Shown piece after piece: positions 18,363 to 26,884 of a stretch of DNA of 64,000 bases (position 1 is the first letter of the stretch; each line of letters opens with the position of its first letter). Under the pieces are notes generated by a model. That model worked only from the letters and a program-made list of their open reading frames with translations, was not told where the DNA came from and did not search any database. The stretch is from a virus (lineage: Duplodnaviria; Heunggongvirae; Uroviricota; Caudoviricetes), in the IMG/VR virus record IMGVR_UViG_3300044929_000080; one strand, 5' to 3'. Made by a program: the position numbers and the translations under genes.

Positions 18363-18409
18363 GCGGTCTGACTCCCAATTAGCGGCTTCCAAAATACCAA
18401 TTAGCTAAC

Positions 18410-19648
18410 ATGGGATTCAATGAAATGCTGACTGAACCAAACTTCACACCTACATTCGCTTCCCCATTCCTCCAGGACATGCAGGAGCGCGGAATGATCA
18501 ACCAATGTACTGACCTCGTCACTCTCGATAACAAACTTGTTGCTGGCCCAATTACGGCATACGTCGGATTTGACGCGACGGCCGCCAGCCTTCATGCTGG
18601 GCATCTACTCTCGCTGATCACTATGCGTCGCCTTGCTCGTCATGGCCATCGCGTCATTGCGCTACTTGGAGGCTCAACTACACTCATCGGAGATCCAAGC
18701 TTCAGGACAGAAAGCAGACCTCTTCTGACCGAAGCATCTGTTGCCGACAACATCGCAGGCATCCGAGGCAATATCGAAGCCGTTCTTGGTGAGCATGCTG
18801 CTAACCTGATGATTGTCGACAACAAGGATTGGCTTGGAGAAGTGGGCCTGATCTCGTTTATGCGAGAAGTTGGAGCGCACTTTACGCTTGCTCGCATGCT
18901 TACGATGGAATCTGTCAAACGCCGTCTGGACGATGGGCTGACCATGCTGGAATTCAGCTACATGATGCTGCAGTCCACCGACTTCTTGGAACTGGCCAGG
19001 CGTCACGATTGCGTCCTGCAGATGGGTGGATCGGATCAGTGGGGAAACATTGTAAACGGCATCGAACTAGCACGGCGTAGCGACGGCAAGGAATTGCTTG
19101 GTCTTACGACACCATTGCTCACGACAACCAACGGTCAGAAGATGGGCAAGACGGCTAATGGAGCCGTATGGCTTGCAGCCGAGAAGCTATCGCCGTTCGA
19201 TTTCTGGCAGTTTTGGCGTAATGTAGATGACGCTGATGTACGCAGGCTTTTGCTAATGCTGACCGACTTCACTTTGGCGGAAATCGAAGCTCTTTGCGAA
19301 GGCAATATCAACGCCGCCAAGGTGGCACTTGCCGAAGCAGTCACTGGACTTGTTCATGGTGCAGAAGAAGCGGAACGGTGCAACCAGCGCGCAGTACAAC
19401 TGTTCAACGGCGAACGACCCCAAGAAGTCACAATTGTTCAATCTCAAGATGGTGCCAAGGGTTTGGTGTCGATCATGGTTGAGCTTGGTTTTTGCAAAAC
19501 CAACAATGAAGCGCGGCGGTTGGTCGATGGAAATGCAGTAAAAATTGACGGTACGCTTGTGACAAATTGGAAAATAGAATTTAATTCCGGTCAGGAATTC
19601 CTAATCACAAGTGGAAAAAGAAACAGAAATTTCGTAAGAATTTCATAA
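18410..19648 (+). CDS. tyrS: Tyrosine--tRNA ligase
   Basis: 'YVGFDATAASLHAGH' (HIGH), 'QMGGSDQWGNI', 'KMGKT' (KMSKS), C-terminal S4-like domain. Confidence 0.97.
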   Translation: MGFNEMLTEPNFTPTFASPFLQDMQERGMINQCTDLVTLDNKLVAGPITAYVGFDATAASLHAGHLLSLITMRRLARHGHRVIALLGGSTTLIGDPSFRTESRPLLTEASVADNIAGIRGNIEAVLGEHAANLMIVDNKDWLGEVGLISFMREVGAHFTLARMLTMESVKRRLDDGLTMLEFSYMMLQSTDFLELARRHDCVLQMGGSDQWGNIVNGIELARRSDGKELLGLTTPLLTTTNGQKMGKTANGAVWLAAEKLSPFDFWQFWRNVDDADVRRLLLMLTDFTLAEIEALCEGNINAAKVALAEAVTGLVHGAEEAERCNQRAVQLFNGERPQEVTIVQSQDGAKGLVSIMVELGFCKTNNEARRLVDGNAVKIDGTLVTNWKIEFNSGQEFLITSGKRNRNFVRIS

Positions 19649-19730
19649 TTTCGATTAATTCATTAGTCACAAGCATATTGCTCTGGCAGCCTTATTAATG
19701 CCAGAGCAATATTTTTTATGGAGTGACCAA

Positions 19731-20423
19731 ATGACCAAAGTTGTTCCTATTATTGTCGCAAACAATATAGACGACGATTTGCTTTCCAAACACGGCGCGA
19801 TGAAACGCCTTACCGAAACTGTAGACCTTAAAAATCGACGTCTTTATGAGACAGCATTCCTTCTCTCTACAGTTAGTACAATTCCCACACTTCATAATGT
19901 TGTTACCAAGAAAAATATCATTGAATATAACCACATTTACGGATGTGAGGGGTTTGAGGTTTCAATGTTCGCGCTGCTTGCCGTGGCAAAAATAGCCAAT
20001 GACAAATATCCTGGCGCTCCGATTATGATGCTAAAGTCTACAATGCGGAGAGAAATGCAAGGCGATCATACACGAGATATTAAAGACAACGTCTCAAACG
20101 CATTACTGGGACACGTCATTACTTTTTCTTCAACAGACCATTTCATGATAGATGCCATGTTCACATATCAGGGACTCAATGATGTTTGTTCTTTGGTCTG
20201 GGGTGACCAAATAGATATCGAAAAGAACTGGAGAGAATACGCAACTGCTCGTGATCATTCACGAGGTAGAATAGCTAGGGGTCCAGCTTCAATTGGAAGT
20301 GTAGATGCTCACGAAATGCTTGAATTCAAACTGAGAACGAAAGAATTTATTTATACAGAGCAGAGTCCGCAACTCTACTCGCCATGGAAAACTTACGATA
20401 ACATAAGAGCTTTCAGCGCATGA
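19731..20423 (+). CDS. Hypothetical protein
   Basis: Start ATG 19731 with RBS ggag; 230 aa. Confidence 0.65.
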   Translation: MTKVVPIIVANNIDDDLLSKHGAMKRLTETVDLKNRRLYETAFLLSTVSTIPTLHNVVTKKNIIEYNHIYGCEGFEVSMFALLAVAKIANDKYPGAPIMMLKSTMRREMQGDHTRDIKDNVSNALLGHVITFSSTDHFMIDAMFTYQGLNDVCSLVWGDQIDIEKNWREYATARDHSRGRIARGPASIGSVDAHEMLEFKLRTKEFIYTEQSPQLYSPWKTYDNIRAFSA

Positions 20424-20445
20424 TCTTATAGCGCTGGACGTCATT

Positions 20446-21042
20446 CTAATGCAATGTGTATCCATCGATATGCAGACCTTCGATTTCGACTTCACCACCT
20501 TGTCGAACCAAGGCCTGTAGACTGCCACTATCTATCAATTTTAGAATATCTTTGATATCTACATCTTTCACTTTGACAACATCACCGTGTGCGTCCTGAT
20601 ATACGACATATGATTTGTCACTGAAATGCGTTGGAATGCCGCCTTCCATCGTTTTGGATATGATGATTACGGACCCATCCGACAATTGAGATAACCACAC
20701 ATGTTGCTCGCCATCTCGAAGGGCAATATGAAAGCCACGTTCGATAAAAGCCATATCAACATCTGTGTGCCAGTCTTCAACTTCATATAGCCGTAAATGC
20801 ATGACCGCCATTGCACGCACCATTCGTTCAAGCAAGTGATCATTACTATTAAATATTGAAACCATTTCTCTTCGATCTATGCCTGGGAGTTCGTCGCCTT
20901 CAACGAGTTCAACAAAATATTGATTCTGAGCGTCCCGTGTCGCTCGAATGTGTCTGTATGAGCCATCACCATCAGGAATAAATCGTGTAATAACGTTGTC
21001 GCCGCGATTCTCTACAGTTTTTTTAAGACCATCAATATTCAT
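20446..21042 (-). CDS. Hypothetical protein
   Basis: 198 aa ORF filling the region with no competing long ORF. Confidence 0.65.
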   Translation of the reverse strand: MNIDGLKKTVENRGDNVITRFIPDGDGSYRHIRATRDAQNQYFVELVEGDELPGIDRREMVSIFNSNDHLLERMVRAMAVMHLRLYEVEDWHTDVDMAFIERGFHIALRDGEQHVWLSQLSDGSVIIISKTMEGGIPTHFSDKSYVVYQDAHGDVVKVKDVDIKDILKLIDSGSLQALVRQGGEVEIEGLHIDGYTLH

Positions 21043-21092
21043 CTAATACCTCATGCGATACCATAATTTAACTTATTTAATTTCATTTTTGA

Positions 21093-21641
21093 ATGGCAAA
21101 ATATCACCTTCTTGAAAATAATGAATTGTTCAAAAAATATCCACGTGTGCCTTGCGGATTCATAGTTGAGACTTCATTTAAATATGGAGTTTATTCGATG
21201 TTTGAAGCAAATTTATCAGAGGTAAGGGAAGGCGATATTGTCGGGCTGACAATGTATAATTCTGTACATAATATAGGATTTGTAAACGAGGTATCCGGTG
21301 GAATTATTAAATTGCACACACTCCTCGGACAAACAAAAATGGCTTTCTCACAGGATTATAGGTGTGAGCCAGAAAATACAGAACAAAGGCCTCGGGCTTC
21401 TTTAAGTCCAGAGCGTTTAAACGGGCCATCTGCAAAAGGAATCTCGATTGGCTCCATTCCTGAATTGCCTGATCGGCTTATTACAGAGCTACGTTCTCTT
21501 GACTATTCGCTAAAGGGTAAGTCAGCTTTACAATGCAAAATTTTGGTAGCCAAAAAAGACGAGATTGTTCGTGAAACATTGAGCATCATGAGATCAGCTG
21601 CCTTGCAGCCTCAAATTGAGCTACCAGGCATGCGCCTCTAA
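21093..21641 (+). CDS. Hypothetical protein
   Basis: 182 aa ORF. Confidence 0.6.
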   Translation: MAKYHLLENNELFKKYPRVPCGFIVETSFKYGVYSMFEANLSEVREGDIVGLTMYNSVHNIGFVNEVSGGIIKLHTLLGQTKMAFSQDYRCEPENTEQRPRASLSPERLNGPSAKGISIGSIPELPDRLITELRSLDYSLKGKSALQCKILVAKKDEIVRETLSIMRSAALQPQIELPGMRL

Positions 21642-21699
21642 TCGGCCGTGTATTGTCGGAAAGAACGCTTCGACAATACAATCTTGTACAACCGATATG

Positions 21700-22917
21700 T
21701 CAAAGTTCCATCTTCGGGCCCGTTTCAGAATGGCGATAACCTTCGCGCGTTGGTCCCCATGATGTGCCTTTGACAACAATTCCTGTTGCCCTTTCAACTT
21801 CACAGGATAACTGATCCGCAGACACACAGTTTGACAAACTATCATTTTCGTAAAATACGGGGTTCGAGAGGAGTTGATCCATGCAGGTGATCACAATTCC
21901 AGCATCGATTTCGATCTGACCCTCAACGCGGGAAATGTCGTGGGCAATTGCCTTCTTTAATACCCCAAGATCCAAGGGTGCAGCACGGATAGTCCCCTGC
22001 CAGTCATTGTGAACGTTGGTTGGATCGACGATTTCAACATAGCTCATATCGTCTCCGGCATGGGCCATTGGCCCTGCACCATGGCGAGTTGTGTAAGACC
22101 GCGTCATGTAATGGACATCGATACCGTCGAGTCCAGCCTCGTTCGCAATTGTTGCCATATTCAGGAGTCCGGTGTTTGAACGGGTGACGTGAGGAAATAC
22201 GCCGTAGTCCTGATCAAGCAGCAGGCCTTGAGCTCCTTCGAAAAGAATGTGGCCCATCAGGCGGCTATCATCACGCAGACCAACGATATTTTTAAAATCA
22301 TCGCAATCATGGACGAAACGCTCAAGGATGCCGTCATTATTGATAATAGATAACTGATGATCTGACAGGGCATCAGCCCCAAGTGCGGACATACGAAGAG
22401 AAACCCATTCAGAACGAATATTCGCCAGCGTGTCCTTGATGTTTTTATCGCCAAAAAGATCGCCCACAGTAATGCGGAGGTTATCCCTGAGACTTCTCTC
22501 GATAGCTTCACCAAATCCAACCCCGCAACTGCCATGACGTTCACCAGCGCGCTGTTGCTCAATGAACTGGTTGATCATCATATCATAAGGGGTCGTAATG
22601 ATGCTGCGTGGGTCAACAGTAATGACTGTGTTTGCCCCCAGTTGACGCAAAGCCTCGAATTCTTCCAACAGCAGCATCGGATGCGAGACAAAAAACTGCG
22701 ACATGTGCGAAGAAACACCTGCAAATGCTCCAGAACCGAAATGATGAAAGACATGACGTTTGCCATCGGGTGTCGTTACTGTATGGCCAGCCTGTGCGCC
22801 ACCATTAGAACGGACAACGATATCTGCACCCTTGTGGGCCAGGATATCAGTCATAAGACCTTTGCCTTCATCTCCGTAAGCTGAACCGATGACCGCACTT
22901 GCCATTCTCTTCGTCAT
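21700..22917 (-). CDS. Adenylosuccinate synthetase (PurA)-like GTP-dependent ligase, divergent
   Basis: 'GDEGKG', 'NGGAQAGHT', 'FEGAQGLLLD', 'YTTRHGAGP'; start ATG 22917 after aaaggaaa; aspartate-binding loop not conserved. Confidence 0.85.
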   Translation of the reverse strand: MTKRMASAVIGSAYGDEGKGLMTDILAHKGADIVVRSNGGAQAGHTVTTPDGKRHVFHHFGSGAFAGVSSHMSQFFVSHPMLLLEEFEALRQLGANTVITVDPRSIITTPYDMMINQFIEQQRAGERHGSCGVGFGEAIERSLRDNLRITVGDLFGDKNIKDTLANIRSEWVSLRMSALGADALSDHQLSIINNDGILERFVHDCDDFKNIVGLRDDSRLMGHILFEGAQGLLLDQDYGVFPHVTRSNTGLLNMATIANEAGLDGIDVHYMTRSYTTRHGAGPMAHAGDDMSYVEIVDPTNVHNDWQGTIRAAPLDLGVLKKAIAHDISRVEGQIEIDAGIVITCMDQLLSNPVFYENDSLSNCVSADQLSCEVERATGIVVKGTSWGPTREGYRHSETGPKMEL

Positions 22918-22954
22918 GCCATTTTCCTTTCCGCCGTTATGGAGCATCCCGCCA

Positions 22955-23863
22955 TCAGGCGAGACGCCGTACTCCAGTTGGAGCGCCACGTTCGACAAGG
23001 CTCTGGATTGCACTTGCTACAACCAGCGAGGTACCATCTGTCCAGCTACCAGCAACATCAGCCTTCTTCGCGCCTTCCGTCACCTGGATAGCTGAGACAA
23101 TAGTTTCCGCGAGCTTGGTGTGGTCATCGAGAATAATCACACGTTGCGGCAGAAGTGCTTGCCATTGAAAAATTGAATTGGTGCCGTAAGATCGCCGTCG
23201 CTCATTAATTACGACATGGAATACTTCATATTTGGCGCTAGCCATGCGAATGCATTCTTCCGTCGACAAAGTCGGAGTTTGGAGGCCAAGAAATTTAGAA
23301 GCTTGTGCGGACGTCACTTCTTCAAGAACGGGTTCGTCACCAACAGTGAAGAGGTACCCCTTCTTGCGACGTTTTTCCCATGCGTCGGATACAGTCTTTT
23401 CGGCAGCAAACAAATGAGCAAGATTATAACTCTCGCCATCATTCGGGCCACCACCCCTTTCCAGATAGATTTCTTTCAACTGTTTCGCGATCCGAATATC
23501 GGCTTCGAATTGGGTTGCCTGAAGCGGAGAATGATCATATTCGCAATCGCCAATTGCGAGCGCCATCAAATGTGGATCTGTTACGGGTTTGCGAGCATAA
23601 ATTTCCGTCGCCAACGTATTTAATCCGTCACGAATTAAATTGTCAGCAATAATTCCCATTGATCCAGTGACATCTACACCAACGATAATTGGCGTAGAAT
23701 TCGGATTGTCTGCAGAATCCCGCGATTCACGAACATTGATAAGCCTAGGATCGAACTCGTCCTTCATGGCACTCGAAGTGAACACCGTTGCCGACGACTT
23801 TCCTGCTACATGCGCTGTAGAATAGCTATCCCAAGCGCCAGAATCCCATCTTCCAGTACCCAT
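22955..23863 (-). CDS. vWA-domain protein (paralogue 2)
   Basis: MIDAS-like 'VDVTGSMG', 'GGGPNDGESY', 'LFTVGDE'. Confidence 0.8.
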   Translation of the reverse strand: MGTGRWDSGAWDSYSTAHVAGKSSATVFTSSAMKDEFDPRLINVRESRDSADNPNSTPIIVGVDVTGSMGIIADNLIRDGLNTLATEIYARKPVTDPHLMALAIGDCEYDHSPLQATQFEADIRIAKQLKEIYLERGGGPNDGESYNLAHLFAAEKTVSDAWEKRRKKGYLFTVGDEPVLEEVTSAQASKFLGLQTPTLSTEECIRMASAKYEVFHVVINERRRSYGTNSIFQWQALLPQRVIILDDHTKLAETIVSAIQVTEGAKKADVAGSWTDGTSLVVASAIQSLVERGAPTGVRRLA

Positions 23864-23875
23864 TTTATTCTCCTT

Positions 23876-24796
23876 TTAAGATGCGAGACGGACAACGCCG
23901 CCCTGTTTAATGTTTGATGGAAGGTTTTCGATAGCATTGGCGACTGTCATTGCAGTAGAACCGCTCCACGAATTTGCAACCGTGGCCTTATTGGCACCTT
24001 CGATGACCTGGATCGTCGATACAACGACTTCAGCGAGCTTGGTGTAATCATCGAGAAGGATCACACGTTGGCCAATAATTTTCTGCCAGCGGTCGAGAAC
24101 AGTCGGCAAATTATAACGCGCATCACCTTCGTTCTTTAAAACGATGTGAAAGACTTCATAAGTCTTCATGGCCATATCGACACAATCTTGTGCTGACATG
24201 TTACCCTGCGGGCTAATACCGAAAACCTTTTCGACTTCCGCAGCAGTCAAGCCATCATGAATGGGTTCATCACCAATAGTGAAGAGATAGCCCTTCTTGC
24301 GACGTTTTTCCCAGGAGTCAGATACAGTCTTAGCTGCCGCGAAATAGTGAGCAAGAGAATAAGATTCTCCACCGTTTCCGCCGCCGCCAGATTCAATCCA
24401 AAGTTCACGAACCTGATCTGCGAGAGAAATATCAGCTTCAAACTGTGTAGCCTGGGCTGGGGCGCTATCTGTCTTGGCATCACCGATAGCCATAACCATG
24501 ATATGAGGATCGCTCACTGGCTTGCGGTCATAAATTTCCTTGGCCAGCGTGTTCAATCCGGTCTGCATAAGATTATGCGAAATCATGCCCATAGAGGCAG
24601 TGACATCGGCAGCGAGAATAATTGGCGTTGAGTTCGGATTATCAGCAGAATCCCGCGATTCACGGACAAGAATTTCGCGCGGATTATAGGCAGATTTCAT
24701 ATTGCGAGATGTAAAGACCTGCCCTGCCGACTTTCCGCTTACGTTTGCAGAGGCATAGTTGTCCCACGCATTACTACTCCAACGACCATTTCCCAT
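23876..24796 (-). CDS. vWA-domain protein (paralogue 1)
   Basis: 'ADVTASMG', 'GGGGNGGESY', 'LFTIGDE'; colinear with 22955-23863. Confidence 0.8.
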   Translation of the reverse strand: MGNGRWSSNAWDNYASANVSGKSAGQVFTSRNMKSAYNPREILVRESRDSADNPNSTPIILAADVTASMGMISHNLMQTGLNTLAKEIYDRKPVSDPHIMVMAIGDAKTDSAPAQATQFEADISLADQVRELWIESGGGGNGGESYSLAHYFAAAKTVSDSWEKRRKKGYLFTIGDEPIHDGLTAAEVEKVFGISPQGNMSAQDCVDMAMKTYEVFHIVLKNEGDARYNLPTVLDRWQKIIGQRVILLDDYTKLAEVVVSTIQVIEGANKATVANSWSGSTAMTVANAIENLPSNIKQGGVVRLAS

Positions 24797-24811
24797 AGTT
24801 TTACTCCTTCA

Positions 24812-25855
24812 TCATGCGCCGTAAACATCGGCAGGGGTTACATTCATCTCCACGAATTTTCTTTTGCCGTAGCTTTTATCCAGGCACGCGGACCAACCTG
24901 CATAATCTTTGAACGCTCCATCAGCGGGGGGAAGCAAAAGCCATTCACGCATTGCGACGGGAACGTCCGCATTCATGTGAAGGCCTCCACCGCCTGGACA
25001 GCCGAGGAGATCTTGTGCCGTGGCACGAATGAGTTGAAGATCAACTTTCTCGTCGACTGGTGTTCCAGAAACTACCATTTTTGGCAGGATCGAAGTAGTC
25101 CGCTCCGGCAATGCCAAGGGACGCTTCCCAAATTCAGTTGCAAATCCCCAACCGCCAACAAGCATAATTGAATGCCACTTTGGAGAGACAAGAATATTCG
25201 ATGGCGAAACAGCACCATGACAAATTCCAGCCCATTTGAGATAGCAAGCCATATTCATGAGACTGGAAACGATCCATGCAACGTGAACTGCTGGAAGCTG
25301 CCCGTTGTAGTGATTAATGAGATCAGCCAACAGCAGGTATTCAACGGGACGCTCGATTACGGACACAATGCCATTATGGCCAAGATCCCAATATTCTCTC
25401 TGTTTTGGCAAGAACCGCTTGATTTCTTTTTCCATAGCAGCGTCAGCAAACTTGAAATTTTGAAGCCGATTGCGCTCCGCTCCAGCGATATCGTCGAAAC
25501 CATCAGGAATCTCATAGGCGAGTGAGGATTTCCCGATATAAACATCGCCGAGGTCAGCAGTACGATTGACGAGATATTTGAAATTGAAACCGCCACTCAG
25601 ACCAGGCCCTGACTTCATGAAGGCCTTCGACATCAGAAGTTCAGCTCTAGGTTTTACAGCACCAAGCTTGCCCAACGCCGCGTTTTTAAGTTCTGTCAAA
25701 TGACCAAAAACATCACGCGCCTGATCCGACGAATTGTGGTCAGGATGCCAGTCCATAATGAGTTTGCGATACAAACGCTTCACAGACTTTTCATCCCCGG
25801 AAAACAGGGTTGAGGCATCAATCTTTTTCAGTGCGAGGATGTCTTGAGCATTCAT
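24812..25855 (-). CDS. J-domain fused to a kinase-like (probably inactive) domain
   Basis: 'YRKLIMDWHPD' (J-domain HPD); catalytic-loop-like 'HGAVSPSNIL' and 'GGW' in place of HRD and DFG. Confidence 0.7.
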   Translation of the reverse strand: MNAQDILALKKIDASTLFSGDEKSVKRLYRKLIMDWHPDHNSSDQARDVFGHLTELKNAALGKLGAVKPRAELLMSKAFMKSGPGLSGGFNFKYLVNRTADLGDVYIGKSSLAYEIPDGFDDIAGAERNRLQNFKFADAAMEKEIKRFLPKQREYWDLGHNGIVSVIERPVEYLLLADLINHYNGQLPAVHVAWIVSSLMNMACYLKWAGICHGAVSPSNILVSPKWHSIMLVGGWGFATEFGKRPLALPERTTSILPKMVVSGTPVDEKVDLQLIRATAQDLLGCPGGGGLHMNADVPVAMREWLLLPPADGAFKDYAGWSACLDKSYGKRKFVEMNVTPADVYGA

Positions 25856-25894
25856 AGGTTGAATTCCTTTCTAAACCCAAGCTACTCCCACTTT

Positions 25895-25928
25895 TTGTAA
25901 TTTGCAAGTTGCAATTTGCACTTTACAA
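25895..25928. promoter_or_regulatory. Operator-like imperfect palindrome between divergent genes
   Basis: TTGTAA-tt-TGCAA-g-TTGCAA-t-TTGCA-ct-TTACAA; 14 of 17 positions symmetric. Confidence 0.6.
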
Positions 25929-25985
25929 CTTTCTTATCGAGTTTTCTTGTGATAGTGTAGATTTCAAGATCAGACAGGAAACCAG

Positions 25986-26663
25986 ATGACGAAAGATAAC
26001 ATCTATTATGAGCGCCCAATTCTTACAGTAGACATTGTTCTCCTCACTATGGACGAACATGGGCTTAACGTTGCCGTTCTCGAACGCGAAAATGATCCTT
26101 TCAAAGGTCAAAAGGCATTGATCGGCGGCTATGTTCATGTCGACGAAGATCAGGATGATCGTGAGGCAGTGAAGCGGGTTTTGCTAAGAAAGACAGGTCT
26201 TTCTGATATCTATTTTGAGCAACTGAAGACTGTTGCAAATGCTACGCGTGATCCACGCGGATGGTCGTCATCGATTGCTTTTATCGCGCTTGCACCGATT
26301 GATTTAGTAAGAAGCGCCTCTAAAACCTACCCGATCAGCATTCATCCGGTAGACGAAATCAAAGGACTTGCCTTCGATCACGACGAAATTATGGACTTCG
26401 CCATCCAACGGCTGCGTGGAAAAGGGGCATATTCCACCCTGCCCGCACAGCTTCTGGGAGAGAAATTCACCCTGCCAAAACTTCATGAGGTTTATAGCAA
26501 GGTGATGGATGTAAATCTCGATATGAGTTCATTCCGCCGCAAAATTGCAGAACTCGACCTTATTGAAGAAACATCTGAATTTGAAGAGCCGCAGCCGCGA
26601 CGCAGGCCTGGGAAACTCTACCGCCTGAAACACGGTGTAACAACATTCGACCGCACAATCTGA
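25986..26663 (+). CDS. nrtR: NrtR-family Nudix/wHTH transcriptional regulator
   Basis: 'LTVDIVLL', 'LIGGYV', 'RDPRGWS', C-terminal wHTH 'FTLPKLHEVY...SSFRRKI...GKLYR'; Nudix box lacks catalytic Glu ('RVLLRKTG'). Confidence 0.85.
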   Translation: MTKDNIYYERPILTVDIVLLTMDEHGLNVAVLERENDPFKGQKALIGGYVHVDEDQDDREAVKRVLLRKTGLSDIYFEQLKTVANATRDPRGWSSSIAFIALAPIDLVRSASKTYPISIHPVDEIKGLAFDHDEIMDFAIQRLRGKGAYSTLPAQLLGEKFTLPKLHEVYSKVMDVNLDMSSFRRKIAELDLIEETSEFEEPQPRRRPGKLYRLKHGVTTFDRTI

Positions 26664-26717
26664 TACAAGGTTCGTTTAAAATGAAATTCTTCATTTAAAT
26701 AATGCACTTATAAAAAA

Positions 26718-26839
26718 TTGACACTTTAATTCGGAGGCGACCCCATAGAAGCCTCGACGCCATAAGCAATTTGGCTTTTATTTAAACAATAATTATTGCG
26801 CAAATACGGTTGACAATAATCGATAAAAGGTCTCCCATA
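26718..26839 (+). promoter_or_regulatory. Two tandem promoter-like elements TTGACA-N17-YCCCATA
   Basis: TTGACA 26718 with CCCCATA 26741; TTGACA 26810 with TCCCATA 26833. Confidence 0.5.
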
Positions 26840-26884
26840 ATTTATGAATTATTACGAATTTAATTTCGACAGGAATAAAGATAA

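Noticed and set aside
18212-18409. T-box riboswitch upstream of tyrS
   Set aside because: No T-box consensus or long specifier stem, and the region is too short; a leader-peptide attenuator fits better.
21700-22917. PurZ (2-aminoadenine DNA) interpretation
   Set aside because: The catalytic Asp of GDEGKG is retained and no DatZ/MazZ or phage polymerase genes are present.
22918-23013. N-terminal extension of the PurA-like ORF in the track
   Set aside because: It overlaps the upstream vWA gene; ATG 22917 has a good RBS and matches where PurA homology begins.
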